64,000 bases of DNA from a virus: positions 5,384 through 69,383 of the IMG/VR virus record IMGVR_UViG_3300021197_001433. One strand, 5' to 3'. Under the pieces are notes generated by a model. The model was given only the letters and a program-made list of their open reading frames with translations. It was not told the DNA's origin and did not search any database. Of the stretch, positions 19,134 to 30,100 are shown piece by piece (the first letter of the stretch is position 1; each line of letters starts with the position of its first letter). The position numbers and the translations under genes were made by a program.

Positions 19134-19932
19134 ATCTTTTTATTAACTCCTGTGTACAAAAATTTTTGTTATAGTAATGAAATGGCACTGTTTGAGCGTA
19201 ACCATTAACGCAAAATGTCATATCATCTGTTAGTGTCCAATGGCAACTGTCCTGCCAATCATCCGTATTAAATTTGTTGATATGTTTTTTCATATGTGTG
19301 AAGGTTGGATAATTTAATGTTGGAACATAGAATTGTTCGCTGCCTAGTTCAGTTGCAGCAATACTCATAAACACATCTGTATCTGCAGTGTTATGTCTAC
19401 AGTTACTTAGCACTGTGTTCTTGTACACATTAAAATTATCAAACACTTGTTGACATTTATCAAAAAACTGTTTTGTTTCAGTACAATGTCTGAAATACAT
19501 AAAGCCATTGTAAGCATTGCATAGATTGTTCTCATGCCACATACGCCTGTGGTGCTGATCTTCTACTACTTCGCCTCTGTAGTTCTGTACTTGTGTAGTA
19601 AAACAGACATTGCGCAGTCTACATCCTGCCCACCAGTGATCAATATTGCTGGTTATAAGCATGTCACTTTCTACTTTGAATGTTTCTTTAAAAGGAGTAA
19701 GTTCCCATGCCAGACATTCGCTGGCAAATGGCGCCATTGTAGGTATAGTAATTACTTTGTCAAACACATCTAACATATATTCTGGCACAGGCGTTGCTGT
19801 ATCTACTACCACTGCAAAGTCATTTATCTTACAATAAGTTTTTACGCTAAGAGCAAGCAGGTATGCACACTGTAGATATTGTTCGCCCTGTGCAAACGTT
19901 AGATAGCCTTGATCGCGTGTTTTTGCTCTCAT
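19120..19932 (-). CDS. Putative glycosyltransferase-like protein (GT8-like fold)
   Basis: YLQCAYLLALSVK, TPFKETFKVESD, YNGFMYF, FTHMK, PFHY. Confidence 0.5.
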   Translation of the reverse strand: MRAKTRDQGYLTFAQGEQYLQCAYLLALSVKTYCKINDFAVVVDTATPVPEYMLDVFDKVITIPTMAPFASECLAWELTPFKETFKVESDMLITSNIDHWWAGCRLRNVCFTTQVQNYRGEVVEDQHHRRMWHENNLCNAYNGFMYFRHCTETKQFFDKCQQVFDNFNVYKNTVLSNCRHNTADTDVFMSIAATELGSEQFYVPTLNYPTFTHMKKHINKFNTDDWQDSCHWTLTDDMTFCVNGYAQTVPFHYYNKNFCTQELIKRYGLQ

Positions 19933-20687
19933 AGTTTATCGCCTATTTCTAAAAGACTGCGCTTGTTCATTACATGTAAATCACCAGTGTAGCGTACAAC
20001 GTTATGTGATTTTTTGTATTCATACTTTATTAACCATCGACCATTGCGGTAATCCAGCACACTATCACTACTACTAAGTGCAGGCAGTGCATAGTCAAAT
20101 GTGTCCATGTTCGCATACCCATTGCATATTTGATGCGCAATACTTAGTGCAAAGTCATTACGAAAAGGTGTTTTACTGTATCCAAAAAGTTTAGCAAAGT
20201 AATCATAGTTTTTGTATACCATGTGCCAGGTATCAAATATACGCTGTGCATGTTCTGATTTACGAAAATACACCACTGTTGCCCAGCGCATTTCAAATCC
20301 ATTTTCTGTCATAAACTGATCATGTCTAAACTGATCATTGCCTGTTATATCCCAACTGCTATTATGACATATAAAATCTTTATCACACCCAAAATAGTTT
20401 GCTAGTGTATCACACTGCACAATGTAATCACTGTCTAATAATATAGTTTCATCATAAGGACTTAGTTCATATGCACTGTATCTTCCTATATTATTCCATT
20501 CAGTGCCCTCAAGTTCACCATTTGGATAACGAAAAGTACGGAAGTTGCGTTGCGCCGGATCTAATTTAATTATTGTACAAGGTACGTTTAAGTGTTTGGT
20601 TGCAAGTCGTGCGCACATTTCACTTAGACTTTTGTAGTCTAACTGAGCACTTTCACTATATAATATAACAACGCCTTTAGACTTCAA
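19929..20687 (-). CDS. Putative glycosyltransferase-like protein (GT8-like fold)
   Basis: SPYDETILLDSD (DxD), WATVVYF, RNDFA; distant paralogue of 19120..19932. Confidence 0.55.
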   Translation of the reverse strand: MKSKGVVILYSESAQLDYKSLSEMCARLATKHLNVPCTIIKLDPAQRNFRTFRYPNGELEGTEWNNIGRYSAYELSPYDETILLDSDYIVQCDTLANYFGCDKDFICHNSSWDITGNDQFRHDQFMTENGFEMRWATVVYFRKSEHAQRIFDTWHMVYKNYDYFAKLFGYSKTPFRNDFALSIAHQICNGYANMDTFDYALPALSSSDSVLDYRNGRWLIKYEYKKSHNVVRYTGDLHVMNKRSLLEIGDKL

Positions 20688-21021
20688 CTTGCCCTGCTTT
20701 GCGCTTGTCCTTTAGCAGTTGATATTCATTGTGCCAATCATTGTGTACTTCATTCCAGCGTTCGTCACACAATTCTAATAGTTCTTGTACATTAACCTCA
20801 ATAGGAGTATCGTAACTATCTGGAATAATAGTCTCTACGGACTTGTTAAACAAACCTACATTCACGTTTTTCATGTACAAGTAACTTAGCAGTGTCATAT
20901 CAACACGAAACAATCCACCATTGTATGTTACACTAAGGCGTTGCTGTTGTTGTTCTTTAAGTGTTTGTTTTTGCCTATTAAGCGCAAAACGCTCATTAGC
21001 ATATGATTCTAGATTTTCCAT
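20677..21021 (-). CDS. Hypothetical protein, first gene of the modification operon
   Basis: ATG at 21021 lies 7 nt after a consensus -10 box. The ORF-track start at 21057 is the TTG of the -35 box. Confidence 0.65.
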   Translation of the reverse strand: MENLESYANERFALNRQKQTLKEQQQQRLSVTYNGGLFRVDMTLLSYLYMKNVNVGLFNKSVETIIPDSYDTPIEVNVQELLELCDERWNEVHNDWHNEYQLLKDKRKAGQVEV

Positions 21022-21028
21022 AGTAGAT

Positions 21029-21057
21029 ATTATAACAGGCGCCGTAGCGCCTGTCAA
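21029..21057 (-). promoter_or_regulatory. Perfect sigma70-type promoter TTGACA-17-TATAAT driving the modification operon
   Basis: Minus strand: TTGACA (21057-21052), ggcgctacggcgcctgt, TATAAT (21034-21029). Confidence 0.85.
21035..21054 (-). terminator. GC-rich hairpin ACAGGCGC-TACG-GCGCCTGT, possible terminator of the structural operon
   Basis: Perfect 8-bp stem with a C(UACG)G tetraloop ~25 nt after the stop of 21079..21984; weak U tract. Confidence 0.55.
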
Positions 21058-21078
21058 TAGTAAAAATGTTAATTTATA

Positions 21079-21984
21079 TTAAGAGTGACCTGCAGTACCA
21101 GATACTGTGATTGTGCCACCAGCATCAGTAACATGAGTAGTATCGTGTTTTTCACTAGTAAATGACATACGCTTTGTGCCATCCACTTGGTCTTGTACGT
21201 TATAAATTGACTTGTTGAAACTTGTATTATCTGCTGCACTATCAACCCATGTGCAACTTACTTCTACACTTGCAGCACTGTCTTGTGTTCTAGCCTGCCA
21301 CTGCACAAAGTTTGCTGTGTATGGACTTGTACCTTCTGCTTGTTTAAACACTGTAGCATAAGTTGCTGTAAGATCATAATAACCTTTGTCAGTGTCGTTA
21401 GTAGTTGGTGATCCTGAACCACCGCTTTTACCTGATGTTTGTCCATTGATAAAGTATGTACCTGCTGCAGTTAACAGTGCAGCCCAGGCATTTGCTTTGG
21501 CATCTGATGTATGCCCAGTAAGTGTACCTGACATACCTAAACGCCCACCTGCGTTAAAAAAGTAACGTGCTTGGTTTGTACTAGCCCATGCCCACTTGTG
21601 TGTAAATGTCATAGTGCCTGTAAATGTCGCTGTGCTATCTCTGTTTGTTGTTGTAGCCGATTGCCTAGTAGCAACGTTTAATCTATTTGTTGTTACTGTT
21701 GCAATATTTGTTGAAATTGCTGCAATTGCTCCAATGACATCACCAGCACTTGGGTTAGTAATTGAAGTAATAGTGCTGCCTTGATGTGATGCACTACTTG
21801 TTACTCGTGCTAACAATGTTACCCATTGTGAAGCCGCCACTGCGCTACCAGCCGTAACAGCACTTACTGTTGTGCCTTGTCCATATCCAGCATCACCTGT
21901 TCCAGTGCCCCATATTGCGTTTACACTAGTTGCAAATCCATTATAGTGATCATCTAGAATTGAATCGCCTGTTTGATATGCCAT
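21079..21984 (-). CDS. Virion structural protein (tail/baseplate-associated)
   Basis: Thr/Ala/Gly/Ser-rich, GYGQ and ARYFFNAGG motifs, last gene of the tail module. Confidence 0.6.
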   Translation of the reverse strand: MAYQTGDSILDDHYNGFATSVNAIWGTGTGDAGYGQGTTVSAVTAGSAVAASQWVTLLARVTSSASHQGSTITSITNPSAGDVIGAIAAISTNIATVTTNRLNVATRQSATTTNRDSTATFTGTMTFTHKWAWASTNQARYFFNAGGRLGMSGTLTGHTSDAKANAWAALLTAAGTYFINGQTSGKSGGSGSPTTNDTDKGYYDLTATYATVFKQAEGTSPYTANFVQWQARTQDSAASVEVSCTWVDSAADNTSFNKSIYNVQDQVDGTKRMSFTSEKHDTTHVTDAGGTITVSGTAGHS

Positions 21985-21999
21985 TTACTCTTTCTCCGA

Positions 22000-23454
22000 T
22001 TAGTTAATTGTAACAAAGGCTTCTACAGTGCCTTCTTCCATTGTTGTTTTGGAATTGATAGCCCTGCCGATAACATTAAATGCTGTAATTGATTCGTCGC
22101 TGTTAACGGCTCTTGCTAGTCCATTGCCTGCGCTTACTAGTCTATCACCTTTATTTACCATTCCAATTACACGCACAGGAACTCTTCCTGCAACCGCTAC
22201 TGGTGATCCACCTTTTTGCGCACTATTCATTAGGTACGCTGGTTTACTACTAACAACTCCAAATACATTATTTGAAAGTTCATCATTTACTGCAGTAATT
22301 TCTTCTGCGCCTCCCAGTGCTACAATAGTACCAGGTGCATATGCTGAGTCTGCTCTAAAGTTTTCAGCCAAGTCAGCATACTGTGCCGCAGTGGATGTTC
22401 CGTTAAATGTTGTTGCAAACACTGTATTCACTCTGTTACCGCTTGTACCAATGTTTACTGTGCCACTAATTAGGATGTTACCTGTCATTGTGCCACCAGT
22501 TGTTGGAAGTGCGCCACTGCCTGACACTTGACTGTCAACATACGCTTTAGTTGCAACACCTAGGTTATCACTAGGAGCACCTGCTACAAGAACACGGTTT
22601 GTTGCGCCATCAACTGTCATTGCTGTGCTAACAACACCACCATCGTTAACTTTGATTAGGATATCACCATCGCTAGTTGCGTTACTTAGGCTTACGTCAC
22701 TGCCACTAACACCAACTGTAAAGTCACTGTCAACACCAACAACCATGCCAGTGTCGTTAAGAATACTTAACACACCACTTGTACTATCACTTGCGTTACT
22801 GCGGAGATAGTTAGCGGCTGCTTGTCCACCTAGGGCATCAGAATCTGTTGATGTACCTTGGAACTTAATATCTGAAATTGCTGTACTTAATTGTACACCT
22901 GGCTTAATAGTTGCAAAACCTGAAAGCGCACTCTGCGGAGTAAATGCTGCATCCTTGGATACTGTGCCAACTACTGTGTTGTTTGTGTAAAGTTTAATAA
23001 CAACATGATCTGTTGCACCATTGTCTGTAACAGTTTCAACAATAGCACCTGATGTTCCTGTGCCACTAGTAAATGATGGACCAATTGTTGTAAAACTAGA
23101 TCCATTATATACTTTCAACTGTCCGTTTGTGGTATCCCACCAAAGGTCACCAGTAACATTTGTACTTGGCTGACTGCTACTTGCAGTACTACTACTAACA
23201 GTTTTAAATGCACTGCCTGTGTAAACTTTAAGTAGGTTGTTTGTTTTATCCCACCACATTTGACCTGCTACTGGACTGCTTGGTGCGCTAGTATTACTAA
23301 AATTTTCTAATAGTTTTACTAGGTTCTCATTAAAGAACTCCCCATAGCCAGCGTAGTTCTTACCTATAAGTGTAAGATCAGTGGTTGTATCAATAGTTCC
23401 ATCTGCTACTGTTGCAAGAATAGTACCATCTGTTTTGTTAACTGTATAAGCCAT
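22000..23454 (-). CDS. Tail fibre/baseplate protein with C-terminal ADLAE (peptidase G2/intramolecular chaperone-like) domain
   Basis: N-terminal LIGKNYAGYGE..NENLVKLLENF, GQMWWD repeats, ATKAYVD, YADLAE...GRVPVRV. Confidence 0.75.
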   Translation of the reverse strand: MAYTVNKTDGTILATVADGTIDTTTDLTLIGKNYAGYGEFFNENLVKLLENFSNTSAPSSPVAGQMWWDKTNNLLKVYTGSAFKTVSSSTASSSQPSTNVTGDLWWDTTNGQLKVYNGSSFTTIGPSFTSGTGTSGAIVETVTDNGATDHVVIKLYTNNTVVGTVSKDAAFTPQSALSGFATIKPGVQLSTAISDIKFQGTSTDSDALGGQAAANYLRSNASDSTSGVLSILNDTGMVVGVDSDFTVGVSGSDVSLSNATSDGDILIKVNDGGVVSTAMTVDGATNRVLVAGAPSDNLGVATKAYVDSQVSGSGALPTTGGTMTGNILISGTVNIGTSGNRVNTVFATTFNGTSTAAQYADLAENFRADSAYAPGTIVALGGAEEITAVNDELSNNVFGVVSSKPAYLMNSAQKGGSPVAVAGRVPVRVIGMVNKGDRLVSAGNGLARAVNSDESITAFNVIGRAINSKTTMEEGTVEAFVTIN

Positions 23455-23513
23455 CTTTATTTGCTCCGCATGTATTCGTTACTGTTATTTATCAACTGCA
23501 TTAACTGGGTATA

Positions 23514-24182
23514 TTATATACTACTCAGGTTAGTCAGTGTTTGTATTCTAACTGTGTAATCAATTTGTATTAGTCTGTTTAAACTTTTTTGTACCGGATG
23601 AAATACAACATGTGTCAGTAGTTTACCCGTATTAACTGTGCCTGTCCAACTGCGCAAGCCTAATTCATCAAATGTGTAAGTGTCATTAAAATTACTAGTG
23701 TTATCAAATGCTGCTTGATCATTTGGTTCACCATAATCTAGTAAACAACTTACAATAATATCTGTATAAATTTGTCCAGCAGTGTGACTGGTTGCAAGTT
23801 TATTTCTTGCAGTATCAGTGTTTAAACTACTGTTATCATCCACAACTTTATAGTAAGTTTGATTGTAAAGATTAGCATTACTACCGCTACTATTAGCAGG
23901 CAAGTATGTAATTACACCTGTTGGATCAACACTAGTGCCACCATTACCAAAAGCCATTTCATGTATAAAGCCTGTGGTTTTATTTGATAAACTTAGTGCA
24001 AGTGCTTCACTCATATTCTCATAGTGAATAGCATTACGCTTGTTAACATAATCTTCGCCTGTATCTGGATCAAAGATTCGAATATGCCCTTCCATCATCA
24101 CGCCACTAGTGTCTTTCAGCGCACTTTCTGGTTGTTGTGGTTGTTCGATGTTATCGTTCATTTCTTGTTCCTGACCGTCCAT
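23514..24182 (-). CDS. Baseplate/tail structural protein
   Basis: NAIHYENMS, MAFGNGG, FDELGL, THVVFHPVQKSLNR; located between fibre genes. Confidence 0.6.
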   Translation of the reverse strand: MDGQEQEMNDNIEQPQQPESALKDTSGVMMEGHIRIFDPDTGEDYVNKRNAIHYENMSEALALSLSNKTTGFIHEMAFGNGGTSVDPTGVITYLPANSSGSNANLYNQTYYKVVDDNSSLNTDTARNKLATSHTAGQIYTDIIVSCLLDYGEPNDQAAFDNTSNFNDTYTFDELGLRSWTGTVNTGKLLTHVVFHPVQKSLNRLIQIDYTVRIQTLTNLSSI

Positions 24183-27058
24183 TATACTTTAAGCATACAT
24201 TCTACAAGACTTTCGCCTAAATCGCTATTTGTTTCTAATGCAATTCCAACAATTTTTCCTTGTCCGTTTGCACTTGCACAACCGTTGTTTGCTACAAATA
24301 CAGGCTGTCCTTTGCTAACAGTTCCTACAACACGGACTGGCACACGACCAACTAGTGCAATATCCTGTCCGTCTATAGCATTGTTCATTAGGAAAGCAGG
24401 CTGTGTAGATATAACACCTGCAATGTAGTCATCTTCGCTAGTTGCCCGTGTCATTTCTGCATCACCGCCTACACTTACTACAGTACCTGGCGAATATTCT
24501 GCATCTGTTGTATATTTCTCAGCCAAGTCAGCATATAGTGCAGACGATGCTTGACCAGTAATTGCCTGGCTAAATGTAACAACACCGTTTGAAGCAATTG
24601 ATATTGCATCTAAGTCACTGGCACTTCCAATAAGTCCACCATCTGCAATTACTAAATCACCTGCTACAGTAAAGTCTCCAATACTACTCAAACTTGCTGT
24701 TTCTGCGGCTGTTGCACTGGCTGCTGTTCTAAACGACAACTTGGTTGCGTTGTTATCCGCAGCAAAGTCGCCTTCTGATACCGCAGCAATACCTGCTGCT
24801 ACTAATATAGCATCAGTTCCAGTGCCTTCTGCGGGTGCCTGAAAGTCAATCTGTCCTAAAACATCGTTAGCAGCAATATCGTTATCACCAGCACTGAAAT
24901 TTAGGATTGGGAAACTGTTATCCGCTGTCGCAGGGACACTCAGTGTTAATCCTGCATCTGCTACATGTGTAAGCACAACATCATTATCTGCTCCAAAACT
25001 AATTGTAGCACCATCATGTTGTAGTTCTAGATCCTGTGTTAGAGTAACATCACCATCTGCTCCAATAGCAATGGCATCTGGGTCTGAAGCACTACCAATA
25101 GTTCCAGCATCTTTAATTATGAAGTCATCTGAAATTGTCAATAGACCAGCACTGCTTAATGACATCTTAGATGATGCTGCTTCACTTGCGCCAGTGTGGA
25201 ATTCTAATTTTGTTGCATTATTATCTGCAGCAAAGTCGCCTTCTGATACTGCTTGGATAGCGGCGGCTACTAGTATAGCATCTGTGCCTGTTCCTTCATC
25301 TGGCGCTTGAAACTCGATCTTACCTATGACATCACTAGCAGCGATATCTGTTTCACCAGTTTGTAATGTCAACGTAATTGGTTTATCATCACCAGTGGCA
25401 GTGTGTTTTAGTATTAATCCAGTATCGTGATTGTGAATGAATTTAATTTCATTGTTAGCACCAAATGTTAATTCTGCACCGTCATGTTGTAATTCTAAAT
25501 CCTGTGTAAGTGTAATATCACCATCTGCGCCAATAGAAAGTGCATCTGTATCACTTGCACTACCAATGTTAGCACCGTCAGGCACTACAATATTAGTACC
25601 AAATGTTGCTGTTGCACTTACAAGTGTAAGTTCTGCAACGTTGTCAACTTTCATAACAATGCTGCCCGTGCCACTATCAATTGTTTCTACACTAGTGTCA
25701 CCTTCAATAATTTTATCTGCATTGAGACTACTAATACTTGAATCAACATATGCTTTTGTTGCTGCTTCTTGGGCGTTAGTTGGATCAGTAACGTTAACAA
25801 TTTTGTTACTGTTCATATCCATGTTACTGTCAAGTTCTACTACACCAGTGCCGCTTGCTAGTAGGACTAGGTTAGCGTTTGTAGAGTTTGTAGTAATATT
25901 GTTTCCAGATATTGTTACTTCATCCATGATTGCAGCATCAACATAAAGATTCTTAAATCTTACAGTATCAGTTCCAATGTCAAGATCACTGTCAGTCTCT
26001 GGTGATAGTGAACCAGTCAGCAGTGTCATTTTATCTGCACCATTAACTCTCATTACTATTTTGTTATCTGTGCCAAATTTGATCTGATTGTCTGCATCGC
26101 GACCAATAACCATACTAGCATTCAACAAACTTGTAATACCAGTTTGTGCACCTGTTATAGAACCATTAAGCGTATCTGCATACACATTTGTCCATCTTAC
26201 ACTGTTTGTGCCTAAATCAAATGTACTGTCTGCACTTGGTACAATACTACCAACTGTTTGGACTACGCCTGTGCCGTTTGGCTTGAGAATAATATTTGCG
26301 TTTGTACTAATATTTTCAATAGTGTTTGCTGCACTATTCAACTTTAAGTTACCGAACTCTGGTGCCGTTGATGATGCAATACTAATACCATTTGTACTTT
26401 GCGTTAGTACAATGTTATCGCCCTGTGTTAATTGTCTAAAGTTAAATGTAACACCTGACTTGCCAGCAAATACGTCTTTACCATTTGATACTTGTAGGCT
26501 TGCTGCTTGGTTGGCTTCACCGCCTGCTGCGCCTGGAAGTTCAGCAAGTTCAATCTTGCCACTAGTGGCATTATAAACAAGTCCATGACCATTGGTTGGG
26601 CTATTCAACGTTGTGGTCAAAACATCCTGTAGTTGCGTAATACTAATATTATTAATTCTTGCTTGTACTTCAGCAAGACTTGGTCCAGTGTATGTAATAG
26701 CACCTGAGGTTGCGTTGTATGATAAACTTCCATCTCCGCCTGCATCTGTAACACTAATTGCATCTCGTATTTCTGCATCAGTAAGTTGGATAACACCTGT
26801 TGAAGCATCATAAGAGAGGTTGTCACCTGAAACACTAATTGCTCCTCTTGCTCTAGCAGTAGTGTGGTATTGGTTAGTGCCCTCTGCAATGTTAGTAGTT
26901 GTTAAAGTAATTGCGTTAGCGGTTGCGCTGACGCTGTTAACAGTTTTTACATAGGCACCCTCAATTGTAGTGGTACGCCCATCCAAATCACTGAAGTTAC
27001 CGTCCAGTTCGTTAAACGTAAGAGCGGTGCTCTTCGTATTTCTTAGTACTATAGCCAT
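24182..27058 (-). CDS. Long tail fibre protein with internal repeats and C-terminal ADLAE domain
   Basis: LTFNELDGNF N-terminus, ATKAYVD, 156-aa repeats, YADLAEKY...GRVPVRV. Confidence 0.8.
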   Translation of the reverse strand: MAIVLRNTKSTALTFNELDGNFSDLDGRTTTIEGAYVKTVNSVSATANAITLTTTNIAEGTNQYHTTARARGAISVSGDNLSYDASTGVIQLTDAEIRDAISVTDAGGDGSLSYNATSGAITYTGPSLAEVQARINNISITQLQDVLTTTLNSPTNGHGLVYNATSGKIELAELPGAAGGEANQAASLQVSNGKDVFAGKSGVTFNFRQLTQGDNIVLTQSTNGISIASSTAPEFGNLKLNSAANTIENISTNANIILKPNGTGVVQTVGSIVPSADSTFDLGTNSVRWTNVYADTLNGSITGAQTGITSLLNASMVIGRDADNQIKFGTDNKIVMRVNGADKMTLLTGSLSPETDSDLDIGTDTVRFKNLYVDAAIMDEVTISGNNITTNSTNANLVLLASGTGVVELDSNMDMNSNKIVNVTDPTNAQEAATKAYVDSSISSLNADKIIEGDTSVETIDSGTGSIVMKVDNVAELTLVSATATFGTNIVVPDGANIGSASDTDALSIGADGDITLTQDLELQHDGAELTFGANNEIKFIHNHDTGLILKHTATGDDKPITLTLQTGETDIAASDVIGKIEFQAPDEGTGTDAILVAAAIQAVSEGDFAADNNATKLEFHTGASEAASSKMSLSSAGLLTISDDFIIKDAGTIGSASDPDAIAIGADGDVTLTQDLELQHDGATISFGADNDVVLTHVADAGLTLSVPATADNSFPILNFSAGDNDIAANDVLGQIDFQAPAEGTGTDAILVAAGIAAVSEGDFAADNNATKLSFRTAASATAAETASLSSIGDFTVAGDLVIADGGLIGSASDLDAISIASNGVVTFSQAITGQASSALYADLAEKYTTDAEYSPGTVVSVGGDAEMTRATSEDDYIAGVISTQPAFLMNNAIDGQDIALVGRVPVRVVGTVSKGQPVFVANNGCASANGQGKIVGIALETNSDLGESLVECMLKV
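24585..25580 (-). repeat. Tandem 468-nt (156-aa) repeat inside the tail fibre, about 2.1 copies
   Basis: IGSASD.DA..I motif recurs at exactly 468-nt spacing (anchors 25521, 25053, 24585); TLTQDLELQHDGA and GTGTDAILVAA.I.AVSEGDFAADNNATKL are duplicated. Confidence 0.85.
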
Positions 27059-27116
27059 TTTTTATATTCTCCGCATATGCTTGTCATATCATTATTTATC
27101 GCTTGTAAAACTTGTA

Positions 27117-30100
27117 TCATATTAGATCCTCTGCATAACCTGTAACTACATAGTCTTTTGCAAAATAATTCTTTTCATTTAGTTCAAGTCTATAATTAGG
27201 CACCTGTGCTTGCTTTTCCCTAAGGAAGTTAGCATTTGTTGTTGTTGCTTGCTGTATACCTAATCCATTTGCTGGTGTATTGTGTATTCCTGCATCATAC
27301 CATACTTTAGTATGTGTAGTGCTATCTGGCAACTCTTGATCTTTACTACCATCTACTACAATAAATCCTGGGGTAATACGCTGCAACATGCCTGTACCTG
27401 AAGTACCTCTTCGCAAGTTGGTAATGTAATTGTCCTCTAGACTTACCTCCCAGTAAGTAATTCTCTCTCCGCCTATAAACACAACGCCAGGATTACTGGC
27501 ATTAACATTTGCAAATGGCAGTACACTTGCATCCTCAACATAGATTTTTGTATCTGTAATCTCAACTGTTTCTGTAACAAAGGTCTGATTATCTTTTGCT
27601 AGTCTCAAATACTCAACATTACCATTCATATCCTGGAATATTCTAAATCCAACTGGATACTGTATTATATTTTCTGTAAAGTGTGTAATAATAACCACTG
27701 AGCTACCGCCAATAGTATCCTGTACTGCCTCACTCATAATCACATTTTTACCACTTACAGTAAATTCACCTGGATGTAATCTTTTACCATCAACTGTAAT
27801 CCAGAAGTGGTTAACATTAGTTGCTGTTCTATCTATTGCATAAGTTCCTACTGTACCACTAGTAACCTGTCTATCAAATCCTGCTGTATCAAAATTTACT
27901 TCATCAAATGCATCTTCAATGGTTGTACTACCGGTACCCTGTCCAACATATACTTTTGTCTGTATACGCAATGGATCATGATTACTAAATGCCTGTAACT
28001 TAATATCACTACTTGCTGTTTGAGGCACATCTGCTGACATAAGCATACTTTCACCATCTAAACTTATAGTAAAGTCTGCTGAAGTATTATCAGTAACAAT
28101 AACTATGTCGCCTTCGTTTGGTGCTGTGGTCATTGTAACAAACTGTGTACCTGTTGAAATAGTATAATCTATATCTCGCACCGCACTAAGAGCTGGTGTA
28201 CCATCTTTGCGCAAAATTGCTACGCTAATTGCACCTACAAAAACAATATTACCTTCGCCACATGTTTGCGGGGTTGCAAACTGTAAACTACTTCCATCTG
28301 CAGTATGATATACACTGTTTACAGGACGTATTCTCTTATTGTCAACTTCTAGAACACTATTAGCACTGCCAGGAGGAGCATAAAATGCTTTTGCGCCACC
28401 AAAAAGATAGCCGTCCTCAACATAACCCTCAACCATATATGATAACCCAAACAGGGTAGTAGTACCGTCTGTTTCCAATGTCTGTGTAGCAAATTTAGTA
28501 GCAGCCTTTCTATCTTCTGCTTGATTAAACACAAAAACATGAATGTGTGCGCCATTATTAGGCACACTACTAAGTGTCATTAATGATCTATTGTCCTGAG
28601 TAGTGAACGTTGCGCCAACTTCTTGTCCATCAACATAAATTAGAGTTTGCTGAGTTCTTTCAGGAACGTTAGGCAATACAAAACCTATTGTGCTACCATC
28701 ACCAACATAGGTGTAGTTGCCTATCATATTTTCGCCAGTTTGACTGAAAGCATAAATGTGCAGTATATCTGTTGGTCCCAGAGGATTAGGCAATCTTATA
28801 TTATTATTCCTAAACCCATCATTTGTAAAGTCAAACTGTCTAGTTTCGTTTATATACACAATCAAGTATACAAAATCATCTTCACTTTTATTTGGATCGC
28901 CATAACTAAATGTTTGCAGTGTTCCTGTAGGATCTGTATAACTTGTGTACTGTATCTCTGCACCGTTGCCGTCACCTTCATAGTCGTTACTACTATGGGT
29001 ATATACTTCCATGTCCAGTGTATCAAATATACGACCTGGTATTAGTTCTTCTGGTGCATGACTGTTGTATGTATCAACAAATCCTGCGCCATCAACTATA
29101 ATACTTTCAGGTGCAACACCAAGTGATAGTTCTACTAAGTATCCAGGCGGTAAGTAACCAGGCTCTACAAATACATCTCCTATAATGCCTGCTTGATCAA
29201 AATCTGTGCCGCGGAAGACAGTGTCTATTGAACTTATTACAGCAATACCATCATCGTCAATCTGAATATCATCAAATCCAATTACATCAAAATTAGCACT
29301 GTCAAATCCAGGGTTTTGATCAAAGCCAGGCCCAGTTATTTTTGTGCCACCATAGCCAATACCATTTTGTAGTAACTCAATATCGTCCCCTATCATACCT
29401 GATGTAGGGTAATAGTAAGCACTAATTCTATCAGCAGCATTAGTAAAATCATTATCTGCTTTAACTTCAAGCACTGTAACACCAGTGGTGTTTTCTATAC
29501 TAAACGTTGAGCCACTAGTAAAATCAACAATACATGTATAAACTTCCTGTGTTTTTGTTACAGTATCTTGATATGCAATAATATCATCTACTACATAGGC
29601 TGTGTTCTTAGTCCAATCTTTGATTGCACTACTGTATGTGATACGATCAAATTTAATTGTAGTATCGAAACTTCTTATTGTAGTATTGACAAGCCGTGGA
29701 CTTAGCAGTAGTCCTGAACCCGCGCTGCCATCAACAGTAATAGTAGGTTCACTAGTATAACCACTGCCCTTGTTTGTCATATTGACATTAACAATTTCCA
29801 CACCGTTTGTAATAGCAACTGCAGTTGCTTGTACCCCATCTGCTAGATCAGGCGCACTAATTGTAATAGTTGGATCAGTAACATATCCTGAACCCGCGTT
29901 AACAATTTCTATACTATCTAAACTATATCCATAATTTTCACTCCAGGGCTTGTTAAGTCCCTGTGTTTGTAATATTTCATCACCTGCAAAATCGCCACTT
30001 GGCTTGCGGAAATATAAATTATTTTCATCATAAAATGAGTGTATATCAAAGTCAGTTGTATCACTTCCATAGGTATCTACTTTATCATATTTGCTGACAT

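Noticed and set aside
21022-21057. ORF-track start at 21057 for the 126-aa ORF
   Set aside because: The TTG is the -35 box of the promoter; ATG 21021 fits better
24182-27058. Diversity-generating retroelement (TR/VR) explanation for the fibre repeats
   Set aside because: The repeats are in-frame protein duplications with general divergence rather than adenine-specific changes, and there is no reverse transcriptase in the window
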